Part shown: positions 1 through 11,476 of the stretch, in pieces
Layout: the number at the start of each line of letters is the position of its first letter
Numbering within the stretch: position 1 is the stretch's first letter
Source of the DNA: Limisphaerales bacterium
GTDB lineage: Bacteria > Verrucomicrobiota > Verrucomicrobiia > Limisphaerales > JAJOIW01
Assembly (NCBI GenBank): GCA_965657355.1
Contig: CBFHOE010000006.1
Coordinates: forward strand, 207,217-271,216
Reading direction: 5' to 3'
DNA: 64,000 nucleotides
Translations under genes and position numbers: made by a program
Notes under the pieces: generated by a model
What the model was told of the DNA's origin: nothing
Databases searched by the model: none
Seen by the model: the letters and a program-made list of their open reading frames with translations, nothing else

Positions 1-453
1 CAGGCTGCGGGGGGCGTTTGTCAGGCAATGGGATTACCAAAATCTGTTGGTCAGGTCTTTGGGTATTTATACATGTCGACTACGCCTCAAACCTTGGAAG
101 ACATAGCGGCTAGTCTCCAGATCAGCAAAGCAAGTGCCAGCAATAGCGTCCGACAATTATCAAGTTGGGGAGCAGCGAGAACTGTTTGGGTGCCCGGCGC
201 GCGAAAAGAACACTACGAAGTCATTGGGGATTTAAATAATTTAATATCTGGATTTATTAATGATTTCCTAAAACCAAAATTCTCAGTCGCTGACCAGAAA
301 CTGGCTGAAATTTCTAATATTTTGGAAGAAGAAAAAAATTCTGGAAAAATAGACGAAAACCAATTTGCCCACTATAGCAAACGTATAAAACAAATAAATA
401 AATTACAGCGAAACGTTCGGAAACTAGCACCCCTTGCGCAAAAACTATTATAA
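1..453 (+). CDS. GbsR/MarR-family transcriptional regulator (probably 5'-truncated by the window edge)
   Basis: [39 protein letters not shown] winged HTH and VPGARKEHY; the frame is open back to position 1. Confidence 0.8.
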   Translation, partial: QAAGGVCQAMGLPKSVGQVFGYLYMSTTPQTLEDIAASLQISKASASNSVRQLSSWGAARTVWVPGARKEHYEVIGDLNNLISGFINDFLKPKFSVADQKLAEISNILEEEKNSGKIDENQFAHYSKRIKQINKLQRNVRKLAPLAQKLL

Positions 454-494
454 AAATTCGGAGGGTTGTGTTCCTTCTAACTTTAAAAAATCAA

Positions 495-1424
495 ATGAAT
501 AAACGAATATTAATAACAGGTGGGGCAGGTTTTCTAGGTTCCCACTTGTGTGATCGGTTAATAAACCAAGGTCATGATGTGATTTGTCTGGATAATTTCT
601 TTACAGGAAGAAAAGATAATATCAGACATTTGCTTAAGCATGAAAATTTCGAACTGATCCGCCACGATGTCGTTGATGCATTTAAAGTCGAAGTTGACCA
701 AATATACAATTTAGCTTGTCCAGCTTCACCAGTTCACTACCAGTTTAATCCCATTAAAACCGTTAAAACATCCGTGATGGGTGCTATCAACGTCTTGGGA
801 TTAGGCAAAAGAACAGGTGCAAGAATATTACAAGCCAGCACAAGCGAAGTGTATGGTGACCCAGAAACAAGCCCTCAGAAGGAAGACTATCGGGGAAATG
901 TGAATCCAATTGGTATTCGGGCATGTTATGATGAAGGAAAACGATGCGCTGAGACTCTGTTCTTTGATTACCATAGGGAAAACAAAGTAGATATCCGGGT
1001 GGTCCGAATATTTAATACATACGGACCTCGTATGAGACCAGATGATGGACGGGTGGTTTCCAATTTTATCTGCCAGGCCTTAAAGAATGAGGATATCACA
1101 GTTTACGGTGACGGATTGCAAACTCGCTCCTTCTGTTATGTAGATGACCTCATAGAAGCCAAAATGCGAGTCATGAACCAGGATCAATGTGTCGGTCCAA
1201 TAAATATTGGTAATCCAGGGGAGTTCACAATACTGGAACTCGCCCAAAAAATCATCGAACTCACTAGCAGCAAAAGTAAAATAATTTACGAACCTCTCCC
1301 TTCTGATGACCCACTACAAAGAAAGCCTGATATAACACTTGCCAGGAAGACTATTGATTGGGAGCCGGCAATTAATTTGGAAATCGGACTAAATAAAACT
1401 ATCGAATATTTCAAGAGTTTATAA
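495..1424 (+). CDS. uxs: UDP-glucuronate decarboxylase (UDP-xylose synthase), SDR family
   Basis: [56 protein letters not shown] at 495 preferred over GTG at 468. Confidence 0.93.
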   Translation: MNKRILITGGAGFLGSHLCDRLINQGHDVICLDNFFTGRKDNIRHLLKHENFELIRHDVVDAFKVEVDQIYNLACPASPVHYQFNPIKTVKTSVMGAINVLGLGKRTGARILQASTSEVYGDPETSPQKEDYRGNVNPIGIRACYDEGKRCAETLFFDYHRENKVDIRVVRIFNTYGPRMRPDDGRVVSNFICQALKNEDITVYGDGLQTRSFCYVDDLIEAKMRVMNQDQCVGPINIGNPGEFTILELAQKIIELTSSKSKIIYEPLPSDDPLQRKPDITLARKTIDWEPAINLEIGLNKTIEYFKSL

Positions 1425-1676
1425 AAATTTATTGTCTCGTTGTTTCAATATAAGTTTGAACGTCATCGCCTCTAAAAAGCGATTCCGATTAACTCCAAAG
1501 GGGTTAAACATACAAGACTAGAGAGGCGCTCCGGAGATAAATCCCACAATTTTTTTAAGCACTGAAAGAAAGTTAAATCATCCGTTTTTATATGACATAA
1601 ACTTTTAATTTATCTTAAAGCCGGGGGATTCATTGCACTCCCAATTTACTAAAAATTTGCAGGGCAAATTTTATTT

Positions 1677-3059
1677 ATGAAAATTACATGCATAGGAGCA
1701 GGATATGTCGGCGGCCCAACCATGGCGGTCATAGCCGAAAAGTGTCCGGACATACAAGTTACCGTCGTTGATATAAATCAAGACAGAATCGATGCCTGGA
1801 ACTCAGATGATTTACCAATATTTGAGCCAGGGCTTGATGAAATAGTAAAAGGTGCTCGAGGAAAAAATCTTCATTTTTCCACCGATGTCGATAAGGAAAT
1901 CAAAGAAGGAGATATAATATTTATTTCAGTAAATACCCCTACAAAAACTTACGGTGTAGGAGCGGGGCGCGCTGCAGATCTTAAATTCATAGAATTGTGC
2001 GCAAGGCGCATAGCTGAAGTTGCCGAGGGCGATAAGATCATCGTTGAGAAGTCAACCATCCCTGTCAGAACAGCCGAATCAATTAAGCGGATTCTTGATG
2101 CGGGCGACCAGAAATCCAATTTTCAAGTGCTTTCAAACCCCGAGTTCTTGGCTGAAGGAACAGCTGTTCCTGATTTGCATAATCCTGATCGTGTCTTGAT
2201 AGGAGGAGAAGAGTCAATTGAAGGTCAAAAAGCCATCGAAACACTTGCCTCGGTCTACAATAATTGGGTGCCGAGAGAGAGAATATTAATAACCAATGTA
2301 TGGTCCTCGGAATTATCAAAACTCACAGCTAATGCATTTCTCGCGCAAAGGATTTCAAGTATTAATGCAATGTCAGCATTATGTGAAACCACTGGAGCCG
2401 ATGTTGACGAAGTAGCACACGCTATTGGGCATGATTCCCGAATTGGTCCGAAATTTCTAAAATCCTCAGTGGGGTTTGGTGGGTCTTGCTTTCAAAAAGA
2501 CATATTGAATTTGGTATACCTTTGTGAGCACTTTGGTTTGCCAGAATGTGCAGCTTATTGGAATCAGGTCATTTCAATGAATGACTACCAAAAGAAGAGA
2601 TTTGCAAGCAAAGTTGTCAGCAGTTTATTCAACACGGTCTCAGACAAAAAAATTGCTATATTAGGATTTGCTTTTAAGAAAGATACAAATGACACTCGCG
2701 AATCCGCAGCCATATATATTTGTAAAGACCTATTGGAAGAGCGGGCGAACTTATCTATATACGATCCAAAAGTTGGTCGTGATCAAATAGTAAAAGACCT
2801 AAAATACGTCAACACACCCTTATCGGATACTGAATACCAGGATCATGTTCAAACAGTTGATGATCCATACCAAGCAACTAAAGACGCCCACGCCATTTTG
2901 GTCATCACGGAATGGGACGAATTCAAATCCCTCGACTATAAAAGAATTTTCCAAGGAATGAAAAAACCAGCATTCCTTTTCGACGGAAGAAATATACTGG
3001 ACATTCAAAGCCTCAATGAAATCGGCTTTGAGGTATATTCAATAGGCAAAGGCTCATGA
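1677..3059 (+). CDS. ugd: UDP-glucose 6-dehydrogenase
   Basis: [28 protein letters not shown], catalytic [24 protein letters not shown]. Confidence 0.95.
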   Translation: MKITCIGAGYVGGPTMAVIAEKCPDIQVTVVDINQDRIDAWNSDDLPIFEPGLDEIVKGARGKNLHFSTDVDKEIKEGDIIFISVNTPTKTYGVGAGRAADLKFIELCARRIAEVAEGDKIIVEKSTIPVRTAESIKRILDAGDQKSNFQVLSNPEFLAEGTAVPDLHNPDRVLIGGEESIEGQKAIETLASVYNNWVPRERILITNVWSSELSKLTANAFLAQRISSINAMSALCETTGADVDEVAHAIGHDSRIGPKFLKSSVGFGGSCFQKDILNLVYLCEHFGLPECAAYWNQVISMNDYQKKRFASKVVSSLFNTVSDKKIAILGFAFKKDTNDTRESAAIYICKDLLEERANLSIYDPKVGRDQIVKDLKYVNTPLSDTEYQDHVQTVDDPYQATKDAHAILVITEWDEFKSLDYKRIFQGMKKPAFLFDGRNILDIQSLNEIGFEVYSIGKGS

Positions 3060-3085
3060 CGCTACGCTTAAAAATTTGTTTCACA

Positions 3086-3244
3086 ATTTCGGTTATTCGT
3101 TAGTCGTATTTTGTTATTGGATCCCATCCTTGCTCCGCGATCAGAATTTTAACTTCAATAAATTTTTATTGCGAGAATGACAGTGACTAAAGCGATCAGG
3201 CGCACGAGTTGCTAACCTCGATTCTCCAATCACCAAAATATCCG
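3086..3244. repeat. Degenerate heptamer-array inverted-repeat spacer element
   Basis: Left arm ATTTCGGTTATTCGTTAGTCG..GTTATTGG, right arm CTAACC..CCAATCACCAAAATATCCG; same motif family as spacers at 20.2-27.2 kb. Confidence 0.5.
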
Positions 3245-3293
3245 GGCAATTTTGCATGCAGCGCCTACCATCCTCATATCGTGGCAAAAGACA

Positions 3294-4127
3294 ATGACAA
3301 ATACTTCCCAGCATAAACTCCTACCACACCTAAAACAAATAGCTCGCGCTGCCGGGGATATAATTTTAGAAATTTACGAACAGGGTTCCGCAGTCGAATT
3401 CAAAGATGATAAATCTCCTTTAACTGAGGCCGACAAAGCAGCCCACAAATATATTGTTTCAGAACTTACAAAACTCACTCCCGACATTCCTATTGTTAGC
3501 GAGGAATCCGATCCCGCTACGTGGGAAAACACGAATTATAGTATAGAGAGTTGGGAAAAATTCTGGCTAGTCGATCCATTAGATGGAACAAAAGAATTCA
3601 TAAAGAAATCCGGCGAATTCACTGTTAATATTGCTTTAATTGAAAATTATTTGCCAACCGTTGGAGTTGTCTTCGCTCCAGCAATTTATACAATGTATAC
3701 GGGATCAGTTGAAGAAAACCTTGCCACAAAACAAGTAGGCGGACTTGATCGCCCGGAGCATTCAATTTCCACAACAAAATCGCCTGACAAAAATAATCTA
3801 CGACTCGTAGCAAGCAAAGATCATGCAGGTCCAGCCGTCACTGCTATGATTGAAAATCTCCCTGGAAAACCAGTATTAAAAAGTATGGGAAGTTCACTAA
3901 AATTTTGTCTGATCGCCGAAGGCGAAGCTGACATATACCCAAGGCTTCTCCCGACTATGGAATGGGACACGGCTGCAGCTCACGCTGTTGTAAGAGCCGC
4001 AGGAGGACAAATAAATGCTGTTAATGATAATGAATTTGTTTATGGGAAACCAGGGTTAAAGAACGACTACTTTATTTGTTTGGGCGATTCGAATATACAA
4101 TGGCAACATTATTTAATAATAACCTAA
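3294..4127 (+). CDS. cysQ: 3'(2'),5'-bisphosphate nucleotidase CysQ
   Basis: KDDKSPLTEAD, SEE, WLVDPLDGTKEFI, GSSLKFCLIAEG, TMEWDTAAAHA. Confidence 0.93.
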   Translation: MTNTSQHKLLPHLKQIARAAGDIILEIYEQGSAVEFKDDKSPLTEADKAAHKYIVSELTKLTPDIPIVSEESDPATWENTNYSIESWEKFWLVDPLDGTKEFIKKSGEFTVNIALIENYLPTVGVVFAPAIYTMYTGSVEENLATKQVGGLDRPEHSISTTKSPDKNNLRLVASKDHAGPAVTAMIENLPGKPVLKSMGSSLKFCLIAEGEADIYPRLLPTMEWDTAAAHAVVRAAGGQINAVNDNEFVYGKPGLKNDYFICLGDSNIQWQHYLIIT

Positions 4128-4185
4128 ATAGCCTTACTAATTATAAATGTAAGTATAATAAAGGGATATTTTTAATTCAATTTTA

Positions 4186-5118
4186 ATGAAAAAAATTTTA
4201 GTAACTGCGCCACCTATGGCAAAAAATGTTGACTGGTTTACAGATCTTTTTGGCTCAAAAAATATGGAATTACATGTTCCTGTTTTTGAGCAGAAAATGC
4301 AGGAGAGATCACTGGTTGAAATAATAGGTAACTATGATGGATGGATTATAGGTGACGATCCAGTAACGCATATGGTCCTAAAAGCAGGAAGAACAGGGAA
4401 ACTCCGCTGTGCAGTGAGATGGGGTGTAGGAATGGACAATATTGATTCGAAAATTGCAAGTCAACACGGATATATTATCAAAAATACTCCTAATGCTTTC
4501 GGGGATGATGCTTCTGAAATCGTCATAAGCCATTGTCTTGCGTTAGCAAGAAGCGTTTTACAAATTGATAGGGAAGTCCGCAAAGGAAATTGGTTCCAAC
4601 CAACCACAGAAACACTGAGTGGTAAAAATGTTGGAATAATAGGATACGGTAGTATTGGCAAAGATACGGTATTTAAGTTAAATGCGCTTGGATGCAAGAT
4701 AAAAGCCATTTACGATCCTAACTTTACCTCTGATCCAAGACTTCAAGACCTAAAGCCCAAAGTGTGGCCTACGGCCGTTGAAGAGTTGGACTACTTGATT
4801 GTAACTGCTTCATTGAATAAGGAAACCAAGCAGATGATTACTCATAATATTTTCAATAAGATGAAAAATAGCTCTTACTTAATAATAAATTCGAGAGGGG
4901 CCATTGTAAATGAAGATGATTTATATGACGCGTTAAAATCCCAAACAATTAAGGGGGCAGCACTGGAGGTGATGGAGCATGAACCTTTACGGCACAATTC
5001 AAAGTTACTGAAATTGAACAATTTGTTATTAGGGTCCCATAATGCATCAAACACAAAAGAAGGAATCCACAAAGCAACTAACAAAGTGTTTGAAATTCTG
5101 GAGAAAAATTTAACTTAG
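4186..5118 (+). CDS. D-isomer-specific 2-hydroxyacid dehydrogenase (phosphoglycerate-dehydrogenase-like)
   Basis: RWGVGMDNID, GIIGYGSIG, INSRGAIV, ALEVMEHEP, GSHNASNT. Confidence 0.85.
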   Translation: MKKILVTAPPMAKNVDWFTDLFGSKNMELHVPVFEQKMQERSLVEIIGNYDGWIIGDDPVTHMVLKAGRTGKLRCAVRWGVGMDNIDSKIASQHGYIIKNTPNAFGDDASEIVISHCLALARSVLQIDREVRKGNWFQPTTETLSGKNVGIIGYGSIGKDTVFKLNALGCKIKAIYDPNFTSDPRLQDLKPKVWPTAVEELDYLIVTASLNKETKQMITHNIFNKMKNSSYLIINSRGAIVNEDDLYDALKSQTIKGAALEVMEHEPLRHNSKLLKLNNLLLGSHNASNTKEGIHKATNKVFEILEKNLT

Positions 5119-5180
5119 AAACTTACAATAGTCAGCAATGAGTTTTCTAAAACTGAAAACAAAAGTTTTTAAATACTAGT

Positions 5181-6293
5181 ATGAAAAACATTTTAGTAAC
5201 AGGCATAGCTGGATTCATAGGTTCGGCTGTAGCGCGCCGTTTACTAGATCAAAATAATACTGTAATTGGGCTTGACAATTTGAATGACTATTACGATGTT
5301 CGCTTCAAAATCTATAGACTATTAAAGCTCAATGGCATAAGTGACCTTGAATTAAATAATATATTATCACTAGATAATTTAGGAACACTTATCAAACAAC
5401 CAAAGTTTTGGGCTAATTTATCATTTGAAAATCTTTCTGTAAGTCATGACCATAATAGTATTAAACTTTCAGGACATGGGGGTAGACTTAAAATAATAAT
5501 AGGTTCTATAGAAAATATAGAAACTATCAGGCAAGTTTTCAACCAATTCAACCCGAAAATAATATATAACTTAGCTGCCCGGGCGGGAGTCAGGGCTAGC
5601 TTAGAAAGGCCTGACGCGTATGTTAAAACAAATATTCTCGGAACAACGAACATACTTGAGACGGCAAGACATTATGAAGTTCAGAATTTTATAATGTCGT
5701 CTACCTCCTCTTTATACGCTGGTCAAAAGCTGCCGTTTCATGAAGGCCTTAAAGTCAACACACCAATTTCACCTTATGCGGCAACGAAAAAGTCAGCAGA
5801 AATGATGTGTTATACATATCATTATATCTATAAATTATCTATTACAGTCTTACGATATTTTACTGTCTATGGGCCTTCTGGTCGACCCGACATGTCAATG
5901 CTGAGATTTATAAATTGGATTCACAACAAAATGCCTATAGTTTTGTATGGTGATGGTAATCAATCGAGAGATTTTACATATATTGATGATATTGTCGACG
6001 GAACCATTAAATCATCAAAGTTGGAAGGTTTTAACACGATAAATCTCGGAGGTGGATTGAACCCAATTCCTATTATCGTAATAATAAATATGATTTCTAA
6101 TAAATTGGGTGTGAAACCAGTAATTTTAAAAAAACCATTCATGGAGACAGATTTATTACATACCAAGTCAGACAACTCCAAAGCCGAACAACTACTAAAA
6201 TGGCAAACCAAAACAAATATAGAGGACGGTATTGAGGCAAGTATTAATTGGTATTTAAACAATTTAGTTTGGTTAAAAAAATCTAAGTTTTAA
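5181..6293 (+). CDS. NAD-dependent nucleotide-sugar epimerase, UDP-glucuronate 4-epimerase-like
   Basis: VTGIAGFIG, DNLNDYYDV, NLAARAGVRAS, PISPYAATKK, RYFTVYGPSGRPDM. Confidence 0.85.
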   Translation: MKNILVTGIAGFIGSAVARRLLDQNNTVIGLDNLNDYYDVRFKIYRLLKLNGISDLELNNILSLDNLGTLIKQPKFWANLSFENLSVSHDHNSIKLSGHGGRLKIIIGSIENIETIRQVFNQFNPKIIYNLAARAGVRASLERPDAYVKTNILGTTNILETARHYEVQNFIMSSTSSLYAGQKLPFHEGLKVNTPISPYAATKKSAEMMCYTYHYIYKLSITVLRYFTVYGPSGRPDMSMLRFINWIHNKMPIVLYGDGNQSRDFTYIDDIVDGTIKSSKLEGFNTINLGGGLNPIPIIVIINMISNKLGVKPVILKKPFMETDLLHTKSDNSKAEQLLKWQTKTNIEDGIEASINWYLNNLVWLKKSKF

Positions 6294-7606
6294 TGGGAAA
6301 TAAGAAAACAATCGCAGTCTGTGGCCTCGGATACGTTGGATTACCTCTCGCAATGCGATTCGCGGAATGTAATTGTAAGGTAATTGGAATAGATATTGAT
6401 ATAGCAAAGGTGCAGTTTTTAAATCAACACCAATCCTATATCCAGCACGTAAAAACTTCCCTTCTTAAATCATTGGCAGCAGAGGGTTTATTTACGGCAT
6501 ACGATGATTTTTCGAAGATTAAAGATGCTGAAGCGATAATAATTTGCGTGCCTACCCCGTTAGGGAAAAACAGAAATCCAGACTTATCGTATGTTATTGA
6601 AACAGGTAAGAGAATTGCCCCCTACATTAAACGTCGAGAGGGAGGTAAGAAAAAGTTGGTTGTTCTGGAGTCTACAACTTACCCGGGCACGACAAATACA
6701 GAACTTAAAGAAGTATTAGAAAATGTTTCTGGACTAAAAGCTGGAATTGACTTCCATTTAGCTTATTCGCCGGAAAGGGAGGATCCCGGAAGGAAAAATT
6801 ATTCAGTAAAAGATATTACTAAAATTGTGAGCGGTCTCACTACTGATTGTTTGGAAAGATGCAAAGAATTATATAGTATAGCAGTTAATAAAGTACATAA
6901 GGTTTCCACACTAGAAGTTGCGGAAGCGACCAAACTAACTGAAAATATTTTTCGTTCAGTGAACATTGCTTTAGTCAATGAGTTAAAGATTGTATATCGT
7001 TCAATGGGTATTGATATATGGGAGGTCATCGATGCGGCTTCGACAAAACCCTTTGGTTATATGCCATTTTTTCCCGGCCCAGGGTTGGGCGGTCATTGCA
7101 TACCTATAGACCCATTTTACTTAACTTGGAAAGCAAAAGAGTTCGATCAACACTCTAGGTTTGTTGAACTGGCAGGTGAAGTTAACACCAAAATGCCCGA
7201 TTACGTTGTTGCTAACGTAATAAATGCTTTAAATGAAAAACAACTAGCAACAATGAATAGTAAAATTTTCGTAATCGGTCTTGCATATAAAGCCGATGTT
7301 GATGATGATCGAGAATCTCCTAGCTACACTATTATATCTAAACTTCAATCACTTGGCGCGCACGTATCGTTTCATGATCCATTTATTCCCAAAATAAAGA
7401 CAGTCAGAAAATTCAAGGATCTTTGTGGAAAAAAATCAATTCCTTTGACCCCAAGCAATATAGCTAAGTTCGATTGTGTTCTCGTCTTAACTAAACACGC
7501 AGACTTAGATTATAAGATGATCTATCGACACAGTAAAATTATTGTAGATACCAGGAATAGTTTTAACAAAATTAAAGATACCAAAAATAAAATACACAAA
7601 TCATAG
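6293..7606 (+). CDS. Nucleotide-sugar dehydrogenase, UDP-GlcNAc 6-dehydrogenase (WbpA/WecC-like)
   Basis: GLGYVGLPL, CVPTP, ESTTYPGTT, YSPEREDPG, PGPGLGGHCIPIDP, GLAYKADVDDDRESP. Confidence 0.9.
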   Translation: MGNKKTIAVCGLGYVGLPLAMRFAECNCKVIGIDIDIAKVQFLNQHQSYIQHVKTSLLKSLAAEGLFTAYDDFSKIKDAEAIIICVPTPLGKNRNPDLSYVIETGKRIAPYIKRREGGKKKLVVLESTTYPGTTNTELKEVLENVSGLKAGIDFHLAYSPEREDPGRKNYSVKDITKIVSGLTTDCLERCKELYSIAVNKVHKVSTLEVAEATKLTENIFRSVNIALVNELKIVYRSMGIDIWEVIDAASTKPFGYMPFFPGPGLGGHCIPIDPFYLTWKAKEFDQHSRFVELAGEVNTKMPDYVVANVINALNEKQLATMNSKIFVIGLAYKADVDDDRESPSYTIISKLQSLGAHVSFHDPFIPKIKTVRKFKDLCGKKSIPLTPSNIAKFDCVLVLTKHADLDYKMIYRHSKIIVDTRNSFNKIKDTKNKIHKS

Positions 7607-7611
7607 AATAA

Positions 7612-8688
7612 ATGGACAGGCAATATCTATTAAATTATGATGATCATGATTCTATTATCGAGGCCGAATTCACTTCAAGAGGATACTCCAAACAAGAGAG
7701 TAATTCAGTAGCCAAGATATCTAGGAAAGCAAGCGAACACGGAATTTCATCTCATAACGGATTAAAGGCAGTTCATTTGGATAATCTCTTCGGGTCAAAA
7801 GTTGGAGGATGTATGCCAAATGCTGATTATAGTATACCAAATGCTGATAACAAAGCGTTAGAATCTTGGTATGGTAATGGCAAAATTGGTACATACCTCG
7901 CATACAAAGCTGTAGATAGGTGTATTGAGTTAGCAGATAAATTTGGTATTGGCATGATTTCAGTGCAAAACGCTTGGCATTATCTTTGGGGTGGAGGCTA
8001 CGTTTTAGAAATGGCAAACAAAGGATTTATAGGCATTTCTTTATGTACAGCAATGTTAGCAGAGGTCGTTCCCTATCGCGGCAAATTTCCTACCTTGGGC
8101 ACGAATCCACATAGCTACTGTTTTCCAACTAAGGATGCAATTGGTTATAACATTCTTATAGATTGGGCAACATCAGTTATTGCTATGGGAAAACTACAAT
8201 CTCTAAAAAGAGAGGGCATGAAAATACCACACGGCGCAGCATCGGATAAAAATGGGAATATAACGACTGATCCGGATTTAGCAGAGTATCTGCTACCATT
8301 TGGCAATCATAAAGGTTATGGATTGTCGCTAGTTAATGAATTATTAGCCTGTTTTAATGCCGGCTGTATTCCAACACTCAGAGGAAGGGAGTTTGACAAA
8401 AGCGGAAACAAACTTACAAACCTATTTTTTATTGCCCTAAACCCGGAATTTTTGAATGTGAGCAATAACAAACAGTCAACCCTAAATCTAAGAATAAAAG
8501 CAACACTGGAAGATATTATTGGTCACGGAAACGATGATGCAATATTCCCGGGATATCTAGAATATTTAGCACAGAAAAAATCGAAGGAAAAAAAAGGATT
8601 ATTACTGACATATGCCGAAAAAACTGAATTTGAAAAATTAGCAAAAAACACCGATCAACACGCCACCATTAAGAAACTAGATGAATAA
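7612..8688 (+). CDS. Ldh_2-family oxidoreductase (type-2 malate/L-lactate/sulfolactate dehydrogenase family)
   Basis: HGISSH, LGTNP, IDWATSVIAMGK, LLPFGNHKGYGLSLVNELL. Confidence 0.85.
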   Translation: MDRQYLLNYDDHDSIIEAEFTSRGYSKQESNSVAKISRKASEHGISSHNGLKAVHLDNLFGSKVGGCMPNADYSIPNADNKALESWYGNGKIGTYLAYKAVDRCIELADKFGIGMISVQNAWHYLWGGGYVLEMANKGFIGISLCTAMLAEVVPYRGKFPTLGTNPHSYCFPTKDAIGYNILIDWATSVIAMGKLQSLKREGMKIPHGAASDKNGNITTDPDLAEYLLPFGNHKGYGLSLVNELLACFNAGCIPTLRGREFDKSGNKLTNLFFIALNPEFLNVSNNKQSTLNLRIKATLEDIIGHGNDDAIFPGYLEYLAQKKSKEKKGLLLTYAEKTEFEKLAKNTDQHATIKKLDE

Positions 8689-9442
8689 TTTAAAAACAAG
8701 GAAAAAACCCATAATAGGTACTTGGCTAAATTCAGGATCCACTGTTATTGCTGAAGTGTTAGCAAATAACAATTTGGACTTTGTTTGTATTGATGCTGAA
8801 CATTCCCCAGTAGATATAAATGATGTATTCAAACTTACTCAAGCAATAAGGTCAGCTTCAACTAATTGTATTCCAATCGCTCGTGTCCATGGTGTTGACT
8901 ATAGTTTTGTAAAACGATTTTTGGATGCAGGAATCAAAGGTATCATATGCCCATTAGTAAATTCAAAAAAAGATGTTGAAACCCTCATAAACGCAACAAA
9001 ATATCCCCCCACTGGCAAAAGAGGTGTTGGTTTCTGCGCCGCAAATAAATACGGATTGGATTTACACGATAGCTTTGTTAAGGCAAATGACGAAATTTTT
9101 ATAGGCATTCAGATTGAGCATATAGACGCTGTTAAAAATATAGATGAAATTCTATCAGTTGAAGGAATAGACGCTGTTTTCATAGGTCCTTTTGATTTAA
9201 GTGCATCAATGGGCATAACTGGTGATTTTGAAAACGAAAGATTTCAAGAAGCGACTGCTACTATCCGTAATGCTTGTAAAAAGTTTAATATTATAAGTGG
9301 TATTCATGTAATAAAACCCCAAATTCAAGATTTAAAAATAGCAATTAAAGATGGCTATGAACTGATAGCTTACTCCCTAGACATAACAATGATAAATTCA
9401 CTTTGTGAAGAATTAACAGACTACAGAAAATGTATAATTTAA
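8681..9442 (+). CDS. HpcH/HpaI-family class II pyruvate aldolase
   Basis: DFVCIDAEH, LDAGIKGIICP, KYPPTGKRG, IQIEH, FIGPFDLSASMG. Confidence 0.9.
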   Translation: MNNLKTRKKPIIGTWLNSGSTVIAEVLANNNLDFVCIDAEHSPVDINDVFKLTQAIRSASTNCIPIARVHGVDYSFVKRFLDAGIKGIICPLVNSKKDVETLINATKYPPTGKRGVGFCAANKYGLDLHDSFVKANDEIFIGIQIEHIDAVKNIDEILSVEGIDAVFIGPFDLSASMGITGDFENERFQEATATIRNACKKFNIISGIHVIKPQIQDLKIAIKDGYELIAYSLDITMINSLCEELTDYRKCII

Positions 9443-10146
9443 CGGCACTGTTACCATTAAAGGCTAACTCGGAAAGGGTTAAAGGAAAAAATTTCCGCAA
9501 TTTCGCCGGAAAACCCTTATTCAAATGGATTTTGGAAACACTTCTCAGCATCGAGTGTATAGACAAGATAGTCATCAATACTGATGCTAAAGAGTTGTTA
9601 AACAAAAATGGTATACCATGCCATTCCAAAATTTTAATAAGAAATAGAAAAAAAGAAATCTGCGGGGATCATGTTTCAATGAATAGGATAATAGAGGATG
9701 ACATAACAAATATTGACTCAGAAACATATTTAATGACGCACACAACAAATCCACTTTTATCTCAAAAAACCATTTCTACAGCTATTGAAACTTATAATAA
9801 GGCAAAACAAAACAATTCTGATTCATTATTTACAGTAAACGAATTTCAAACTAGGTTTTACAAAAAAGATGGTGAAGCTGTGAACCACGATCCCAATAAC
9901 TTATTACGAACTCAAGATTTAGAACCTTATTACGAAGAAAATAGTAACCTCTATATATTTAATAAAAACTCTTTCAAAACTACGAATGCACGTATTGGTG
10001 AAAATCCGTATTTATTTGTTACACCTCCCATGGAGTCAATTGATATCGACGATATGGTTGGGTGGACAATGGCAGAAATGGTTGCTTTATCACAATTGCT
10101 TTTTAAATCACAATCAGATTATCACGACACTACGCAAAATGATTAA
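9430..10146 (+). CDS. Acylneuraminate/ulosonate cytidylyltransferase family (NeuA/KdsB-like)
   Basis: PLKANSERVKGKNFRNFAGKPL, VINTD, THTTNP, RTQDLEP, ENSNLYIF, SIDID. Confidence 0.88.
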   Translation: MYNLTALLPLKANSERVKGKNFRNFAGKPLFKWILETLLSIECIDKIVINTDAKELLNKNGIPCHSKILIRNRKKEICGDHVSMNRIIEDDITNIDSETYLMTHTTNPLLSQKTISTAIETYNKAKQNNSDSLFTVNEFQTRFYKKDGEAVNHDPNNLLRTQDLEPYYEENSNLYIFNKNSFKTTNARIGENPYLFVTPPMESIDIDDMVGWTMAEMVALSQLLFKSQSDYHDTTQND

Positions 10147-10180
10147 CTAAAATAAAATTTCCTCCCAAAAAACTCTTTTA

Positions 10181-11476
10181 GTGAAAATACCTAATTCAAT
10201 AGTATGGTCAATAAACTTTTTTGGTAAAACTATAGTTCTATTAGGTTTTATATTTTTTATAACAACTAATTTTGATGAAGAAACAACAAATTATTTCATA
10301 TTAAACATAACTATTGTTAATTTAGTTTATTTATTAGACCTTGGATTAACCACATTTTTTATAAAAGAGCTTAACCATCAAAATAATAAGCATAACAGGA
10401 GACAAATACTCCGCGATTTAGATTATATTTATTGCTTACTGGGTGTAATCGGTGTTTTTTTGTATCAAATCATTAAGAGTTTATATTTTGCTCAAAACTC
10501 AAATATATTTGTTCAAATTATAATTAGTGCCTTAATCTTTTTATATTTTAAGAATAAAAGAATAGATGTAGAATTACGATCCAAACAATATTTCTTAAAG
10601 TTATTCGTCACCAGTAATTTAATAGGCTGTACGGCATTAGGGTTTTCATATTTTATAGGTTGGGAAGATATAGAATATTTCATTTTAATTTATACTTCTG
10701 TCTATCCATTAACTTTTTATTTATTAAAAACCTGTTATGCTGAGAAGAAAATTAATGACCTAAAAATTTCAAGCAATAAAATAATTAAAAGTTACCTTAA
10801 TAACTCTTTCAAAATAGGTCTTACAAGTTTGGCAGGGGTAGGTTTAAATTATTACATAATGTTGAAAGTCGGTAAGTTGTTTTCGGGAGTAGAATTACTT
10901 ACCTACTTGTATGGTATTAGGTTGATAAATATGATAAATGAGGCTAGTTGGTCCCCTTTTTACTCCTATTTGCCGAAAGCGATTCAAAATCTGAATAAAA
11001 AGGGAAACACTTTTAGACTTATATTTCGTCTAAATTTGGTTGCATTGTTATTTTGTGTTGGCGGGTTTTTATTGCCCCTAGGTTTAGAAGTAATTTCAAT
11101 AATTGTAGATAAAAATTTATCATCAAATTATTACCTTCTTTATTTATATTTGGTATTTAGGCTAGTAGATAGGATTAATGCTATGAATTATCAAATTCAC
11201 ATAATTTATGGGAAAATCCAATTTTTCCAGGTTCAATTTGGGTGTGTTGTAATATCTTTAATAATTGCAGAAACTCTAAATTACCTTTTTCCAAATTTAT
11301 ATCATAGTTTATTTTATTCATTAATTTTTAGTGCAACAGTTTTACTTATAATTTCCACCTTACTACTCGTAAAATATACAAACAAACCAGGTATTTACGT
11401 TAATCACATAATTTTAACTATACTTGCTTTGCTTCTACATTACATAAGCTATTTATGCCCTTTGAATTTGATATAA
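10181..11476 (+). CDS. wzx: Polytopic membrane protein, probable Wzx flippase
   Basis: About 12 hydrophobic segments, LLDLGLTT motif near the N-terminus, location in a glycan locus. Confidence 0.65.
   Translation: MKIPNSIVWSINFFGKTIVLLGFIFFITTNFDEETTNYFILNITIVNLVYLLDLGLTTFFIKELNHQNNKHNRRQILRDLDYIYCLLGVIGVFLYQIIKSLYFAQNSNIFVQIIISALIFLYFKNKRIDVELRSKQYFLKLFVTSNLIGCTALGFSYFIGWEDIEYFILIYTSVYPLTFYLLKTCYAEKKINDLKISSNKIIKSYLNNSFKIGLTSLAGVGLNYYIMLKVGKLFSGVELLTYLYGIRLINMINEASWSPFYSYLPKAIQNLNKKGNTFRLIFRLNLVALLFCVGGFLLPLGLEVISIIVDKNLSSNYYLLYLYLVFRLVDRINAMNYQIHIIYGKIQFFQVQFGCVVISLIIAETLNYLFPNLYHSLFYSLIFSATVLLIISTLLLVKYTNKPGIYVNHIILTILALLLHYISYLCPLNLI

Noticed and set aside
1677..3059. Eukaryote-like UGDH as a eukaryote-to-bacterium transfer
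   Set aside because: This UGDH subtype is already common in several bacterial phyla, so it is not distinctive
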